Shown here in pieces: positions 49,088 through 60,959 of a stretch of DNA of 64,000 bases. Every line of letters begins with the position of its first letter. Within the stretch, counting starts at the first letter, position 1. The notes under the pieces were generated by a model. That model had not been told where the DNA came from. It saw only the letters and a program-made list of their open reading frames with translations, and did no database searches. The position numbers were made by a program, and so were the translations under genes. The DNA is from Eledone cirrhosa. Lineage: Eukaryota. The stretch spans positions 128,836,001-128,900,000 of the forward strand of contig OZ024742.1 in the NCBI GenBank assembly GCA_964016885.1. Direction: 5' to 3'.

Positions 49088-49476
49088 AACTGTTTCTATT
49101 TCTGGCACAAGAAGAGCAATTTGAATGATAGGGGTGAAAGTCAATTAAATCAACTAGTACTTTATTTTTTCGACCCGTAAGGATAAAAGGCGAAGCTAAC
49201 CTCGGTGAGATTTGAACTAAGAACATAAAGGGTTGTAACTCGATACTCCATAGCATGTTGTCCTACGCCTTACCGACATTGCCAATCTACCACACTTACG
49301 GTATACAGTAATGATTTCTACTATAGGCAGAAGGCCAGTAATTTTTTTTTATCGACCCCGTAAGGATAAAAGGTAAAGTTAACCTCGGTGGGATTTAAAC
49401 TCAGACGTTAAAGGGGCGTAATTCTATGCTGTAAAGCATGGTGTCCGACACTACCGATACTGCCAATCCACCACCC
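49088..49476 (-). mobile_element. Two tandem SINE family A copies
   Basis: Two successive CGACCC.GTAAGGATAAAAGG..AAG.TAACCTCGGTG.GATTT.AACT blocks ending TGCCAATC.ACCAC. Confidence 0.8.
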
Positions 49477-49707
49477 ACTTATGCTATACAATAATAAAAG
49501 TATTTATTTTTGATAAATTATAAAGAAGAGAGAAATGGGATGAGGATAATAATTAAATAAAAGAAGGGAAAGGAAACGAAATCTACATGTTTAGTTGTAT
49601 ATTATCCAACAACTCTGCCAAATTCTTCCACACCTATATATGTGTGTGCGTGTGTGTGTGTGTTTGTAAAACCTTTTGTACCTCTGCTTGAACTATATAT
49701 ATTTATA

Positions 49708-50495
49708 CTAGCCGAATTACCCGCGCCATGCTGCGTTTCACACATTTTCTTTTGTAAGAAAATGATGATTAATTTGAAATCAGTGATATAATTTAGGGAG
49801 AAAAAATCTGAATTTCAATATTACTCAATGTAAAATGTAATGCATGAAAAATTGGAAAACATTATTTTTTGTGGTGGATTGGCAGTATAGGTAGAGAGTC
49901 GGACGCCATGCTTTCCAGCATAGTTACGTCCCTTTAAGATCTGAGTTCAAATCCCGCCGAGGTTAACTTTGCCTTTCATCCTTACGGGGTCGATAAAATA
50001 AAGTACCAGTAATGTACTGGATAATTGCTGGCCTTGTGCCAAATGTAGAAACAATTATTTTTTGTAATATATCAAATCAAAATTATATTATTAAATCTTA
50101 TTCTTATTTTGTTTCTTGTAAATAATTTTTTTCAAAATATCAATTCAAAACTTCATCATTTCATTATTTTGTTGACTTACGTGACAATAGAGGTCCAATA
50201 CTCAAGTTATGGGCTTCCAAAATGTTCGCTATACGGGGTTAACCACCATTATGACGTCTTAATATTATTGAAATTTGCTGAAATGTTGTGAATAGGCATC
50301 ATATCTTGTCATTTACCTATCGTTTAAATTTCATATAAATCGAAGGGAAAACATTTTCAGCGGGGTTTTGTGCCCCTTGAGAACCCTTTGATTAAAATGA
50401 AATATACTTATCCAAGTACCCTGGGCAATGTAGTTTCAGAATATATATGGTTATGGGAGTCTATCTCCAAAACCATAGGAGGAGTTCGTGAACAG
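49708..50495 (-). mobile_element. Probable second Helitron family remnant with nested SINE A (49871-50058, +)
   Basis: A|CTAG at 49708 next to GC-rich ACCCGCGCCATGCTGCGT; distal AGGAGGAGTTCGTGAACA resembles the AGAGGAGATGTG block of the 45.6-kb Helitron. Confidence 0.45.
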
Positions 50496-51010
50496 TGGTA
50501 CTATTATAGTACCACTGATGATGTCACATGTGTGTGATGAAAGAACTTTGAAGCCGTCGGGCTTAAAATGCCCACGAAGAACGAGTGTCCGAAACGTAAA
50601 AACTATTTTCCTACTGTATCAAGCGTTAAACTAATAGATTTATTAATTGTACTGTGTTGTTTGCTTTATTGTTTCTGTTTACCCTTTGCCCCCCCCCCCC
50701 CCCCCATATGTGTATATATATATAAGAAAAACGAGCACAGACATATGCATGTATGCGTTCAAATCGTAATGGACCAGAAACGCTAAGGTGAAAAAAATAC
50801 TAACTATAGACAATAGGGTTTGCTAGACTCAATTTAAGAATAAATCAAGAAGAAAAATAAATACAAACCAGTATTGTGGTAACTACCATTCACTACCATA
50901 TATATATATATATATATATAGTAATAATAATAAATGGGAAGACTAAAATCCGATTAAGGATAATATATATATAAAAATATATAAAACCGTAGAGCAAATA
51001 TTTATTAAAA

Positions 51011-51130
51011 TAACAGATTAAAGTTTAACCAAAGAATCGGTGCTTTTACCCTTAACGGGATCATCTGAAACTTCAGAAGATCCCGTTAAGGGCGAAAGCA
51101 ACGATTCTTTGCTTAAACTTTAATCTGTTA
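51011..51130. repeat. Fold-back palindrome (about 59-bp arms) of the Penelope-like element 3' terminus
   Basis: Arms 51011-51069 and 51072-51130; the same sequence occurs at 33588-33658. Confidence 0.85.
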
Positions 51131-51289
51131 GTTCGATCACACGCTCTTGAACTTATGTTCTGTTACCGCTGTTGTCTTGGATTCTCTTGCCTTCAGTTGC
51201 TGCACATTCTTCGATTCGTTGTTTTTTTTCTCCCCAAACTACCAAAACATGCATCTATTTGCAATATGCACTACAATTTATGTACATGT

Positions 51290-52490
51290 TATGTCGAGAT
51301 AGATGGGAGAGATAGATATGTACATATATAGAGGAAGGTTGGGAAAGTGTTGTATATTAGATATAGAGAGGGGGAGAGATTGATGTTTATTGATATAGAG
51401 AGGGGTATTGGAAGAGAGTTCCGGGTAGTAGATATACAGAGGGGGATAGTTTAGTGTTAATTGATAGTAAGGGGGAGAGTTTAGTGGTAATTAATATAGT
51501 GAGGGGGAACAGCACCGCCTCGCATGTTTTCACTCAACCTCGCAACCCCACAACGATGCCTGCAAGAGAGAATTCCGCATGTAGAAGTGACTGCTCCAGA
51601 ACGTCTGCAAAAGACAGCAACGTCGCGAGGAGTACTAGGCAACTTCTCTAATGATTTTCGAGGCAAGCCAGCACACTCGCAGCGTTGCCTCGGTTGATGG
51701 CGAGGCTAATGCGCTGGAACAACCAAACGCCCTCGTGAGATTCGCCAGTTACCTCTATTAGGCGAGCCGCCAGTGAAGAGAGGAACCTCGCAGTCAGCGG
51801 CCCGACTTCCCCAAACGTCTCGAAAGCCACAGGCTGAAAAATGTAGCTGGCCGACAGATCACAGTATTTGAGGGTCTTACTCCGCTCGGCTGCGGTTCTC
51901 GCCCTAACCGCAGTCTCCAGGAGGTGGGAAGAAGCAAAAGAGTCACTAACAGTGACGTCCAAGACAAGGCACCTGCCTCTCGACCAGGGGCACAGGGTAA
52001 GACCGCCAGGTCTTTGCCGTCACTTCTGGACAACCCAGATGGTTCCAAGACTGGATATTCGCCCGGGCCAAAGCTCTCTTCAGAATGAAGTTTAGCTCCG
52101 TGTGATGCGCGAAGCGGCCGGCATTCAGGCGGCAAGAAAGACCGTGGAGACCTGTGGAGTCGAGGAGTTAGCCGCATCGGCACCTCAAACCCATGCAGAC
52201 ATCATCTCCCACTCTGAGGGCGATGGAGACACGAAGTTCGTCCAGGCTGAGTAGGCCACCAACGTTGGCCACTGGTAGGGCATCAACCCAGTCGCCTGAG
52301 TATTTGGCGCTGGCAGATAGTAAGCGGCACCTTGCAAACTGATCTGACTGGACGAAGAGGGAGTCGAAGGTGGTCTTCGAACTTATGCTGTCCTAAGTTC
52401 TTTGACTTCGACTGTCCTCCACCTTCTCAGGAAGAGACAAGCCCAAATCACTCCATTGCTGGAGAGCTTCACCCAAAATTTATTTATTGA
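51290..52490 (-). mobile_element. CRE-clade retrotransposon, 5'-truncated (coding end 51648)
   Basis: VLEPSGLSRSDGK...DVTVSDSFASSHL...AERSKTLKY...FQPVAFETFG...WLFQRISLAINRGNAASVL; GA-rich minisatellite 51290-51500 downstream. Confidence 0.85.
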
Positions 52491-52514
52491 GTAAACAAAA
52501 CTAATAATAATAAT

Positions 52515-52842
52515 AACAATGGTTTCTGATTTAGGCACAAGGCTAGCAATTTTTTTTTTTTGGGGGGGGGGGGTCGATTAAATCGATCCCAGTGCATTAC
52601 TGGTGCTTTATTTTATCGATGAAAGGCAAAGCTAACCGCTGTGGGATTTGAACTCAGAAAGTAAAGGGCAGTAATAATAATAATAATAATAATTGTTTCT
52701 ACGTTAGGCACAAGGCCAACAATTACCCAGTGCATTACTGGTACTTTATTTCATCGACCCCGTAAGGATGAAAGGCAAAGTTAACCTCGGCGGGATTTGA
52801 ACTCAGAATGGCAAGGACCGTAACTCTATACGTCAAAGCATA
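52515..52842 (-). mobile_element. Two 5'-truncated SINE family A copies between (TAA)n tracts
   Basis: GTTTCT..TTAGGCACAAGGC...GGATTTGAACTCAGAA twice. Confidence 0.8.
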
Positions 52843-52914
52843 ATAATAATAATAATGATTTCTTTATTTTAATAATAATAAAAATTAAATGAGGAAAGAG
52901 AGAAAGAAAAAAAG

Positions 52915-53011
52915 GTAAACAAAGATATATATAGAGAGAGATTTGAAATTCCACGTAGTGACCAAGACAACAATATTTAGTTTCGGTTAACGTCCGCGGT
53001 TGCTAAGCAAC
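52915..53011 (+). promoter_or_regulatory. Candidate ciliary-gene promoter: RFX X-boxes plus forkhead site
   Basis: GTTGCTAAGCAAC (52999-53011), GTGACCAAGACAAC (52958-52971), GTAAACAAA (about 52915), local CpG cluster. Confidence 0.6.
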
Positions 53012-53081
53012 ACAACGCCAGATTCTTGGAGTGTTGGAATTTCGTTAGTTTGTATCGTTTAAAAGTCAAGTTAGTTATAGC
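53012..53081 (+). other. Candidate non-coding first exon
   Basis: Follows the X-box and ends at consensus donor GTAAGT (53082-53087); start position is a guess. Confidence 0.5.
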
Positions 53082-53589
53082 GTAAGTAGATATAATTGTT
53101 GTTTATTTAAAATTTATTTATATTCATTTATTTTCATGTTCCTCTCTCTCTCTCTATATATATATTTATATATACGTACACGTTTTGTTTTTTCATTGAT
53201 TTCTAAGTTTAAAAAGCAAAACAAACAAAACAAAAATACTGATCGAAAGAAAACAAATACATTTGTTTGATTTGTAAGTAAAAAACTTTTGACATATGCT
53301 GACAGCCATAAACACAGTTTAAAACTATCGGAGAGTTTTTTTAGTTATGTTATTGATGCTAAGGTCATCACGTTACTGTAAGTAACTAGGTTGAAAAACA
53401 CGGCATTACACACAGCGTTAACACACGCTGTTACAAACACCTTTAACTCAACACAGCTACACACATAAGCGTGCACGGGTGGATGCGCTCATACTTACAC
53501 GGCCAGAATGAGTATCACCCAAGATATTCACAAAAGGGACCATCATAATTTGTATGTATGTCTGTCTGTATGTCTGTATGTATGTATGT

Positions 53590-55170
53590 GTTATCTCTTT
53601 CACTTAATTTCGAGTATATTTTTTTGACCGGCCACCTTCCTGGTGGCAAGGTTGTAAAAGAAAAGAAATTGTCATCCTTTGAATCTCAAGAATGTTTTGC
53701 AAATTTTGGAAGGTGCCAGCTATCGCAGCCATTTGTAGACTATGAATTAGGGAGCTGCGCTCTTTGTCCGCAAATCCAAGTTCAGTTATACTTTGGTTCA
53801 AGCGGGTTGGTATATAACCCGTAGCTCCAATAATTGTTTCTACTTTAGGCACAAGGCCAGCAATTACCCAGTACATTACTGGTACTTTATTTTATCGTAG
53901 CTCCAATAATGATGGGTATGAAGCTAAAGGTGTATCTTGGATACTGGATTTGTAAACTCCTCATCAATGGTCCGTCGATGTCCTCCTCTTGTATTTTTCT
54001 GACAACGTTTACATCAAGAGGGCAGCTGATCTCCACAACAGAACACGTTTTCAATGTGTGGTCCCAAACAACAATATCAGGCCGGTTGTGCTTTAATTTG
54101 GTGGCAGTTTTTATTTTCAGGTTCCACCAGTATTCCTTAGTGCCACCTGTCTCAATATATTCTTCCTCGTTTGTTGTTAATTTTGTTTTCCGAAGTGCGT
54201 TCCAGCTGGTTCTAGCTATCCCATGGTGTCTCATGGGGAGGTAGTAGCGAGATGACATTCTTTCGCAGCTGGCAACAATGTGGCTTACATCCTCGATCTT
54301 TGTTTTACATAGCCTACATTTATTGTCAGCTGATGGCCCTCCCCTTTTGTGCAGCAGATATTTGGTAGGTTCTTGTTCCTGTATTGCATAGAGATATCCC
54401 TCAAGGTGTGATGTCATAAACTTGTCGGAACTCCATGCTAGGCTTTTTGAGTGGTTTATCCCCTCTATGGTCTGTGTTTTACGTTTCAAGTATCCATGCA
54501 CAACTTTTTCTGTAAATTGGTCAATTTTTTCATCTTGTTTGAACATTGAATAGGATCTTCCGATTTCTCTGGGTGAGAGATTTATATCAGGCTTTATTCC
54601 ATATCTCTCCCCCAGATCAGTGGCTATTCTAATGATATTTTTTTTTCATGCTCATAAACCTGGGCAAGATGGTTGCTAACCTTTTTCCTCTGTTGAAGGT
54701 GTTGCTTCAGTGTTACTATCCAGGTCTCATATGATGTTAATATGGATTTTAGACCCCGGCCACCTTCCTTGCGTGAGAAGTATAGCCTATCCACATCACC
54801 ATTGATGTTAAAGTTCCCAGTAACACTGAGAAGTTTGCGAGTTCTAACATCCATCTCACTTAGCTCTTGCAATGACCAGTTCAGCAGGCCAAATGTTGGC
54901 GTTAGAATTGGCACAGCATAAGTATTGTGGGCAATGTATTTGTTATACGGTGACAGTTCTGATGACCATATTTTCTTTACTCTTCTGAGGTATTCAGTTC
55001 TGGTTCTCTCCTTATTTATGGGTCCATCATATCTGACATTCTCATCCTGTCCAAGATATCTGTAGTTGTCACCTGACTGTAGAGGTTGTATTGTCAGGCC
55101 GTTCATCTCTAGATTTCTAGAGGAGGGCACAGCTCTTCCACGTTTTACTGCCACATATGCACACTTGGAC
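53590..55170 (-). mobile_element. R4/Dong-clade (RLE) retrotransposon A, 5'-truncated
   Basis: YRYLG...WSSELS..NK..AHNTYAVP...RLY..RKEGGRGL...AIQEQE...CRLC...SHIVASC...NRPDIVVWD...VEISCPLD; (TATG)n on both sides. Confidence 0.88.
53835..53896 (-). mobile_element. 5'-truncated SINE A with 15-bp TSD inside R4 copy A
   Basis: CGTAGCTCCAATAAT at 53820-53834 and 53896-53910. Confidence 0.9.
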
Positions 55171-55644
55171 TATGTATGTATGTATGTATGTATGTATGTA
55201 TGTATGTATGTATGTATGTATGTATGTATGTATGTATGTATGTGTATGTGTGTGTGTGTATGCGGAAGAACCCATCAGAGTCAACGGCCATCCAAAAGTG
55301 TGTAAATATGTATATACACATGTACATATGTATGTATATGTGTATGTATATGCGCGGGGACATAGAAATAGTTTAAAACTATCGGAGAGTTTTTTTAGTT
55401 ATGCTATTGATGCTATGGTCATCACGTTAGTGTAAGTAACTAGGTTGAAAAACACGGTGTTACACACTGTTAACACACGCTGTTACAAACACCTTTAACT
55501 CAACACAGCTACACACATAAGCGCGCACGGGTGGATGCGCTCATACTTACACGGCCAGAATGAGTATCACCCATGATATTCACAAAAGGGACCATCATAA
55601 CTTGTATGTATGTCTGTCTGTCTGTATGTATGAATGTGTGTGTG

Positions 55645-57570
55645 TAAGTTCTTCTGGTTTTATAATTTCACAAAGTTTTACCAATAGAGAGAGAGTCGGT
55701 TTCTAACAAAGACACAAGACTCTCTCATTGGAATGTACACAACATCAACTAGGTAGATATGCATGCATGTGTAGATATGGATGTTATTGTATGTGTGTAT
55801 GTGTATGTTTTGAGTTGTATGTGTGCATGTGTATATGCTTTGCATCTGTACATGTGTATATGCAGTTATTAGATGCAAAAGTTTTGGAATGTTTTACATA
55901 TTTTTACTGTTCCATTAATGGATTGTACTTGTAATTTCCTAACTAGTTGTGTTCTTTCTGTTCCTGTGAAGCTAGCTTCTCAAGATTTGTATAGAGGCAG
56001 TAACTAACATATCCCAGTGCCCCAATAATCACAGGCATAAATCTGAAGGTGTAATCAGGGTGGAGTATCTGCAGATTTCTCATCAGTTCTGCATAAATAT
56101 TCTCCTTTTCACTAATCTATGATATTATATTGGCATCTGCTGGGCAGCTAATTTCCACTACTATGCATGCTTTCTTCTCCCTGTCCCATATAATATCTGG
56201 TCTGTTAAGCCTGCATTTTATTGGGGTTTTTACTGGAACATTCCACCAGTACTCTTTCATATTATGTACATGAATGTCTTCCACATTGCTGTAGCTTTTA
56301 ATGTGTTTATTATCGGGGCTATCTTTTTTTGGAACTGCATTGTACAGTGTTTTGGCCACTACACCATTCCTCATAGGTAGATAGTACCACGATGACATCT
56401 TTGGACAGCTGCTTATGACATGAGTGACATCTTCGATGTTAATTCTGCAGAGTATGCACTTGTTATCACATCTAGGTGTTTTGCATGCATCCCTATCTCT
56501 TTTGCGAATCAGGTATTTTGTGTTGATTTCCTGTTCTTGGATTGCAAAAGCGTATCATTCAAAGTTGGAGCCAATATAGCGGTTGTTGGTCCAAGATAGA
56601 CTACTTTCTTTATCTATATTACTCTCACTCTGGAGCTTCCTGGCAACATATCCATGCATGACTTTTTGCTGATAAGCATGCAGTTTTTCATCCATGGATT
56701 CACTGCGATACTGCTAAGTGACTTCCCTGGGTGTGAGTTTTTGATTATCACACGGAATATCTTTTGAGGAGTTTCTGCCCAACTCTCATGATCTTATCTG
56801 TTTCATGCAGATAGACTTGCTCGAGAGATGGGCTCCTACGCTTCGAGGTTCGTAGATGTTGTCGGAGAGATATGATGCGACATTCAAATGCTGTCTGGAC
56901 TGATGTTAGGCCTCTGCCTCCCTGCTTACGTTTCAAGTAAAGGCGGTCTATGTCACTGTTGATGTGGAAGTTTTCGATGTTGTTCGGTATCTTTTGAGTT
57001 CTAACATCAATTGCTCGGATTTCGTCTATTGTCCAATTGAATATTTCAAACGTTGGTGTTAGGACAGGCACAGCAAACACATTGTGAGCCACTGTTTTGT
57101 TTTGCGCAGAGAGTTCCGATGATCATATCTTTCTTAATCAGGTGTAGTATTCCCTGGTTACGCGTTCCTTATTACAGATACCATTATAGGATATGTTCTC
57201 ATCTATCCCCAGGTATCTGTAGCAGTCCTCATCAGATATCGGTGAAACAGTTAGGCCATTGATGACAATGTTGCTAGATTGGGTTGTTGTTTTTCCCCGC
57301 TTTACAGTCATATATGAGCATTTATCTTTGCCAAACTCCATTCCTATATCTTTTGAGAATATTGTAACTAGGTCAAGATTTTTCTTCATCCCATCCATGT
57401 TCTTGGCATAGAGTTTCAGATCATCCACAAAGAAATTATGGGTTAGGTCCGTATTTCTCCTGTGAGCCAATGATGTATCCTTCACATTTCTTGAGCAGAA
57501 AGGACAAGGGGTTTAATGACAGGATAAATAATATCACAGCGGGACTGTCTCCCTGAAATATACCACTACG
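55645..57570 (-). mobile_element. R4/Dong-clade retrotransposon B, 5'-truncated within RT
   Basis: GIFQGDS...FILSLNPLSFLL...THNFFVDDLKLY...DIGMEFGKDKC...YRYLG...GGRGL...NRPDII.D...VEISCPAD; (TATG)n flanks. Confidence 0.88.
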
Positions 57571-57602
57571 ACATGTATGTATGTATGTACGTATGTATGT
57601 AT

Positions 57603-58130
57603 GTCGCATGGTTGGGTCGTCGTCGACTAAACTGGCAACCCCACCAAGTTTACTTGGTGAGGAGGGTGATTTTGGACACCCTGCAGGACAAAAAAATAAA
57701 ACCTGACAAAAGGCAGAAGAAATCATAAGAGTCAACGGCCATCCAAAAGTGTGTAAATATGTACATACACATGTACATATGTATGTATATGTGTATATGC
57801 ATGTGTGCATGTGTATGTATATGCACGGGGACATAGAAATAGCCGGGCCGGACATCCGATCGCGCGGTTAAACCACTGGGAGTGAAGGACCCCTAGCCTT
57901 TGTCAGGGCATTCTTCTAGGAGAAGGCAACTCAGGAAACTGGGATAACTCCAATATAAAACCTACGGCTCAGTAGTTACCAATGATGTTGATATTTTCTT
58001 CTTTTCGGGTTATAGCTACTGTCGCTCAGAGAGTGGGATTGGCTCAGTGTACAGTCTTTCCTCACTTTAAAAAAAATCTTCACGCACAGGCATTGCACGA
58101 TAGAATTAATTAATAATTATTAATAATGTT
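57603..58130 (+). repeat. Unclassified non-coding interspersed repeat (LINE-UTR-like)
   Basis: GACTAAAC.GGCAAC..CACCAAG...CTTGGT.AGG.GGGTGAT.TTGGACACCCTGCAGGA...TCAACGGCCATCC...CTCAGAGAGTGGGATTGGC...GCACAGGCATTGC is shared with 58274-58797. Confidence 0.7.
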
Positions 58131-58273
58131 ATATCATGCAATGGCCATACTCGATAATGAGGAGGCAACCATCATGTATGTATGTATGTATGTATGTATG
58201 TATGTATGTATGTGTGTGTGTGTAAGTATGTATGCATGTATGCATGTATTCATGTATGTATGTACGTACGTAT

Positions 58274-58985
58274 GTCAGGTCGCTCTCAAGTGCTACTGGT
58301 AACACGTAACTCAGTACAATCTGTCTCATGGTCAGGTCATTGGCGACTAAACCGGCAACTTCACCAAGCTAGCTTGGTAAGGTGGGTGATATTTGGACAC
58401 CCTGCAGGATGAAATACTAGACCCGGCAAAGGGTGGAGGAACTCAGCAGAATCAACGGCCATCCAAATAGCACTTTTTTTTTTTCCACCTTGGAGTGACA
58501 GGCCCCCAGTTGTTGCCACAGCACCTTTCTAAGAGAGGAAAACTCTGAAAAAAAACGTGACTTCGAAAACATCCGATAATGTTGACCAGTTCTCCTTTTC
58601 GGGTAGTATTTTCGATGCTCAGAGAGTGGGATTGGCCGAGTGCAAGGCCTTTCTCCATTTAAAAAAACCTTCAAAGCACAGGCATTGCTTGTTTAGGATA
58701 TGTTGCAGGTTCTTGTGACTGGCCGTAGCCTAAAAGTACACCAAACTCTATAATCTGACAAGCGATTGTAGTACTCTTAGCAAAGTTTGCAGCCATTATG
58801 TATGTATCTGTATGTGTGTGTATGTGTGTGTGTGTGTATTAAAGGCCCCCAGTTGTTGTCACAACACCTTCAAAACTGCTTTGAAAACAAAACCTTCAAA
58901 GCACAGGCATTGCTGTTCAGGATCTGTTACAGGTTCGTGTGGCTGGCCGTAGCCTAAAAAGGCACCAAACTCTATGATGACAAAT
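58274..58985 (+). repeat. Second copy plus partial third copy of the same repeat, between (TATG)n tracts
   Basis: Shared blocks as above; 58842-58985 repeats AGGCCCCCAGTTGTTG...GGCCGTAGCCTAAAA. Confidence 0.7.
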
Positions 58986-59119
58986 GATGACCTTGAAGTC
59001 AATGGCAATAAAGGCTCTGGAACTTATTGTAAGGGGGAGGGGTCTGGCTCGGCAGCTGTCCCATGGCACTACAGCGTGGGCCCGGTCGTCATCCTGCTAC
59101 TGCAAAGAGATTCAAACCT

Positions 59120-60170
59120 ATGAATATTGGGTGCTGGAATGTAAGAACTTTACTTGACTCCCAATCCAGTGAAACTCACTTCAGTGTCGAAGGAACTCAA
59201 TCGCTATAACATGGACATCGTTGCACTTTCAGAAATGTGATTGGCAGGTGAGGGTCGATTCACGGAATAGAATGGAGGATATACCTTCTATTGGAGTGGT
59301 AGAGCAGGGGGTTGTAAGAGAGAGGCAGGGGTCGCATTTGCTGCCAGGAATGGAATCATCTCAAAGCATGGAAATCTTCCTTGTGGATTCAATGATCAGA
59401 TAATGTCCGTGAGAGTCCCTCTGATTCAAAACCGCTTTGTGACTCTGGTCAGTGTGTACGCTCCTACTATGTGTGCCAATGATGATGAAAAACTACCTTT
59501 CTACATGTCTTTGAAAGAAGTAATCCATAGTATGCCTTGGTGATTTTAATGCACGTGTTGGTAATGACTGGGAAGCTTGGAGTGTGATAGGCAAGCATGG
59601 AGTGAGAAAGTGCAATGGCAATGGCCTACTTCTGTTGCAGATGTGCGCTGAGGTGGATCTTGTTGTTGGGAACACACTCTTTCAATAGAAAGACAAATAT
59701 AAGACAACTTGGATGCATCCAGGTTCCAAGAAGTGGCACTTTAATCACTTGTTTTAATGAGGAAACATGATGTAAGGGATATCACATTGGTTCGTGTATT
59801 GCGAGGCATGGAATGCTGGACTAACCATCGTCTGGTGAACGCCAAGTTTCAATTTGTTGTGAAACCCAAAGTTAGGGGGAAGAAGGTTGCACTTCCAAAA
59901 TGACTAAACATGGTTCGTCTGAAGACAGAAGAAGGCAGAGCTGAGCTGTTGAAGTTTCTTGTGTCTATGGAACGTGAAAACACATGGGTATCATTGAAGA
60001 AAACCGTTTATGATGTCAGTGCTGGAGTTTTAGGTCATATCAATAGAAAGCATAAGGACTGGTTTGATGAAAATTATGCAGAGATCCAGACCTTGTTTGA
60101 AGAGAAACAAAAAGTGCTGACGTCATTGTTGTGTGAGACACATTCTGACAAGAGTGACCAGTCCTTCAAG
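59120..60170 (+). mobile_element. RTE/BovB-like LINE 5' part (APE endonuclease pseudogene)
   Basis: MNIGCWNVRTLLD...ELNRYNMDIVALSE...GYTFYWSG...LVSVYAPT...LGDFNARVG...TTWMHPGSKKWH...CWTNHRLV...HKDWFDEN with stops and frameshifts. Confidence 0.88.
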
Positions 60171-60279
60171 TAGATCAAGAACGTATAGAGCCATAACTCC
60201 ATACTGCAAAGCATGGTGTCTGACGCTCTGCCAATACTGCCAAACTGACGATTGACATGATATATTGAATACAATTTAA

Positions 60280-60493
60280 TAGCTTCTAATTTAAATTTAA
60301 GGCCAGCAATTTGGTGGGAGGGAATGATTGATTACATTGACCCCAGAGCTGGACTGGTACTTTTTATCAACACTAGGAAGGAGAAAAGGCAAAGTTGACT
60401 TAATGGGATTTGAACTCTCAATTTAAAGAAGCCATAACTAAATGCTGCTGAGCATTTTGTCCAATACCCAAATGACTCCACCAGTTCACTGCT
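60280..60493 (-). mobile_element. SINE family A
   Basis: AAGGCCAGCAATTT...CTGGTACTTTTTATC...AAAGGCAAAGTTGAC...GGATTTGAACTC. Confidence 0.75.
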
Positions 60494-60715
60494 TTTATAC
60501 TGAATATAATTTAATGAAAGGTTTTTAATAAGTAGTTTACTGAGATTGGTACAGTTACAACACCAATTTTTTGGCAACCTTGGTTTCAGACCCATGCTGG
60601 ATTATCTATTTTGCCAGACTAATTCACTAGAAAAAAACTGACGCTGGACACACTATCTTTATCTCTCAAGTAAAACAATATGAAGGCTAAAATGATTAAA
60701 TTTAAATCTTATGCC

Positions 60716-60781
60716 ATTGGAATGATATAGAGAAGATTAGCATGGCTTCTGTAAGAAGATGACATTAAGCATTCCATATTT
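60716..60781 (+). pseudogene. U6: U6 snRNA pseudogene fragment
   Basis: ATTGGAATGATATAGAGAAGATTAGCATGGCTTCTG...GATGACA...AAGCATTCCATATTT versus U6 ATTGGAACGATACAGAGAAGATTAGCATGGCCCCTG...GATGACA...AAGCGTTCCATATTT; lacks the 5' stem, ACAGAGA box mutated, internal deletion. Confidence 0.85.
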
Positions 60782-60924
60782 CTATCTGGGGCAATGTTTC
60801 CTCTATTCTGTCCTCTGCTGGGATCATGAGGTGACCTACAGATAGGCTCTCACTGGGGCAGCAATGCTGAGTTGGTCAACTGTAAAATGGTATTACATTA
60901 CTTAGAAGATTTCTGGAAGGTTCT

Positions 60925-60959
<35 letters not shown>

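Larger units (their letters stand above)
53318..57842. repeat. Tandem segmental duplication (53318-55371 and 55372-57842)
   Basis: Both units start TTTAAAACTATCGGAGAG (about 270 bp highly similar) and end GAGTCAACGGCCATCCAAAAGTGTG...GGGGACATAGAAATAG; interiors differ. Confidence 0.85.

Noticed and set aside
50496-50600. CTGATGA...GAAA hammerhead candidate
   Set aside because: Stem II register is off and no convincing stem III, cleavage triplet or stem I partner was found; at most a decayed pLTR.
53491-53545. U1 snRNA-like start ATACTTACACGGC (also near 55543)
   Set aside because: Similarity fades after about 13 nt; no U1 stem-loops or Sm site; better explained as part of a local hairpin.
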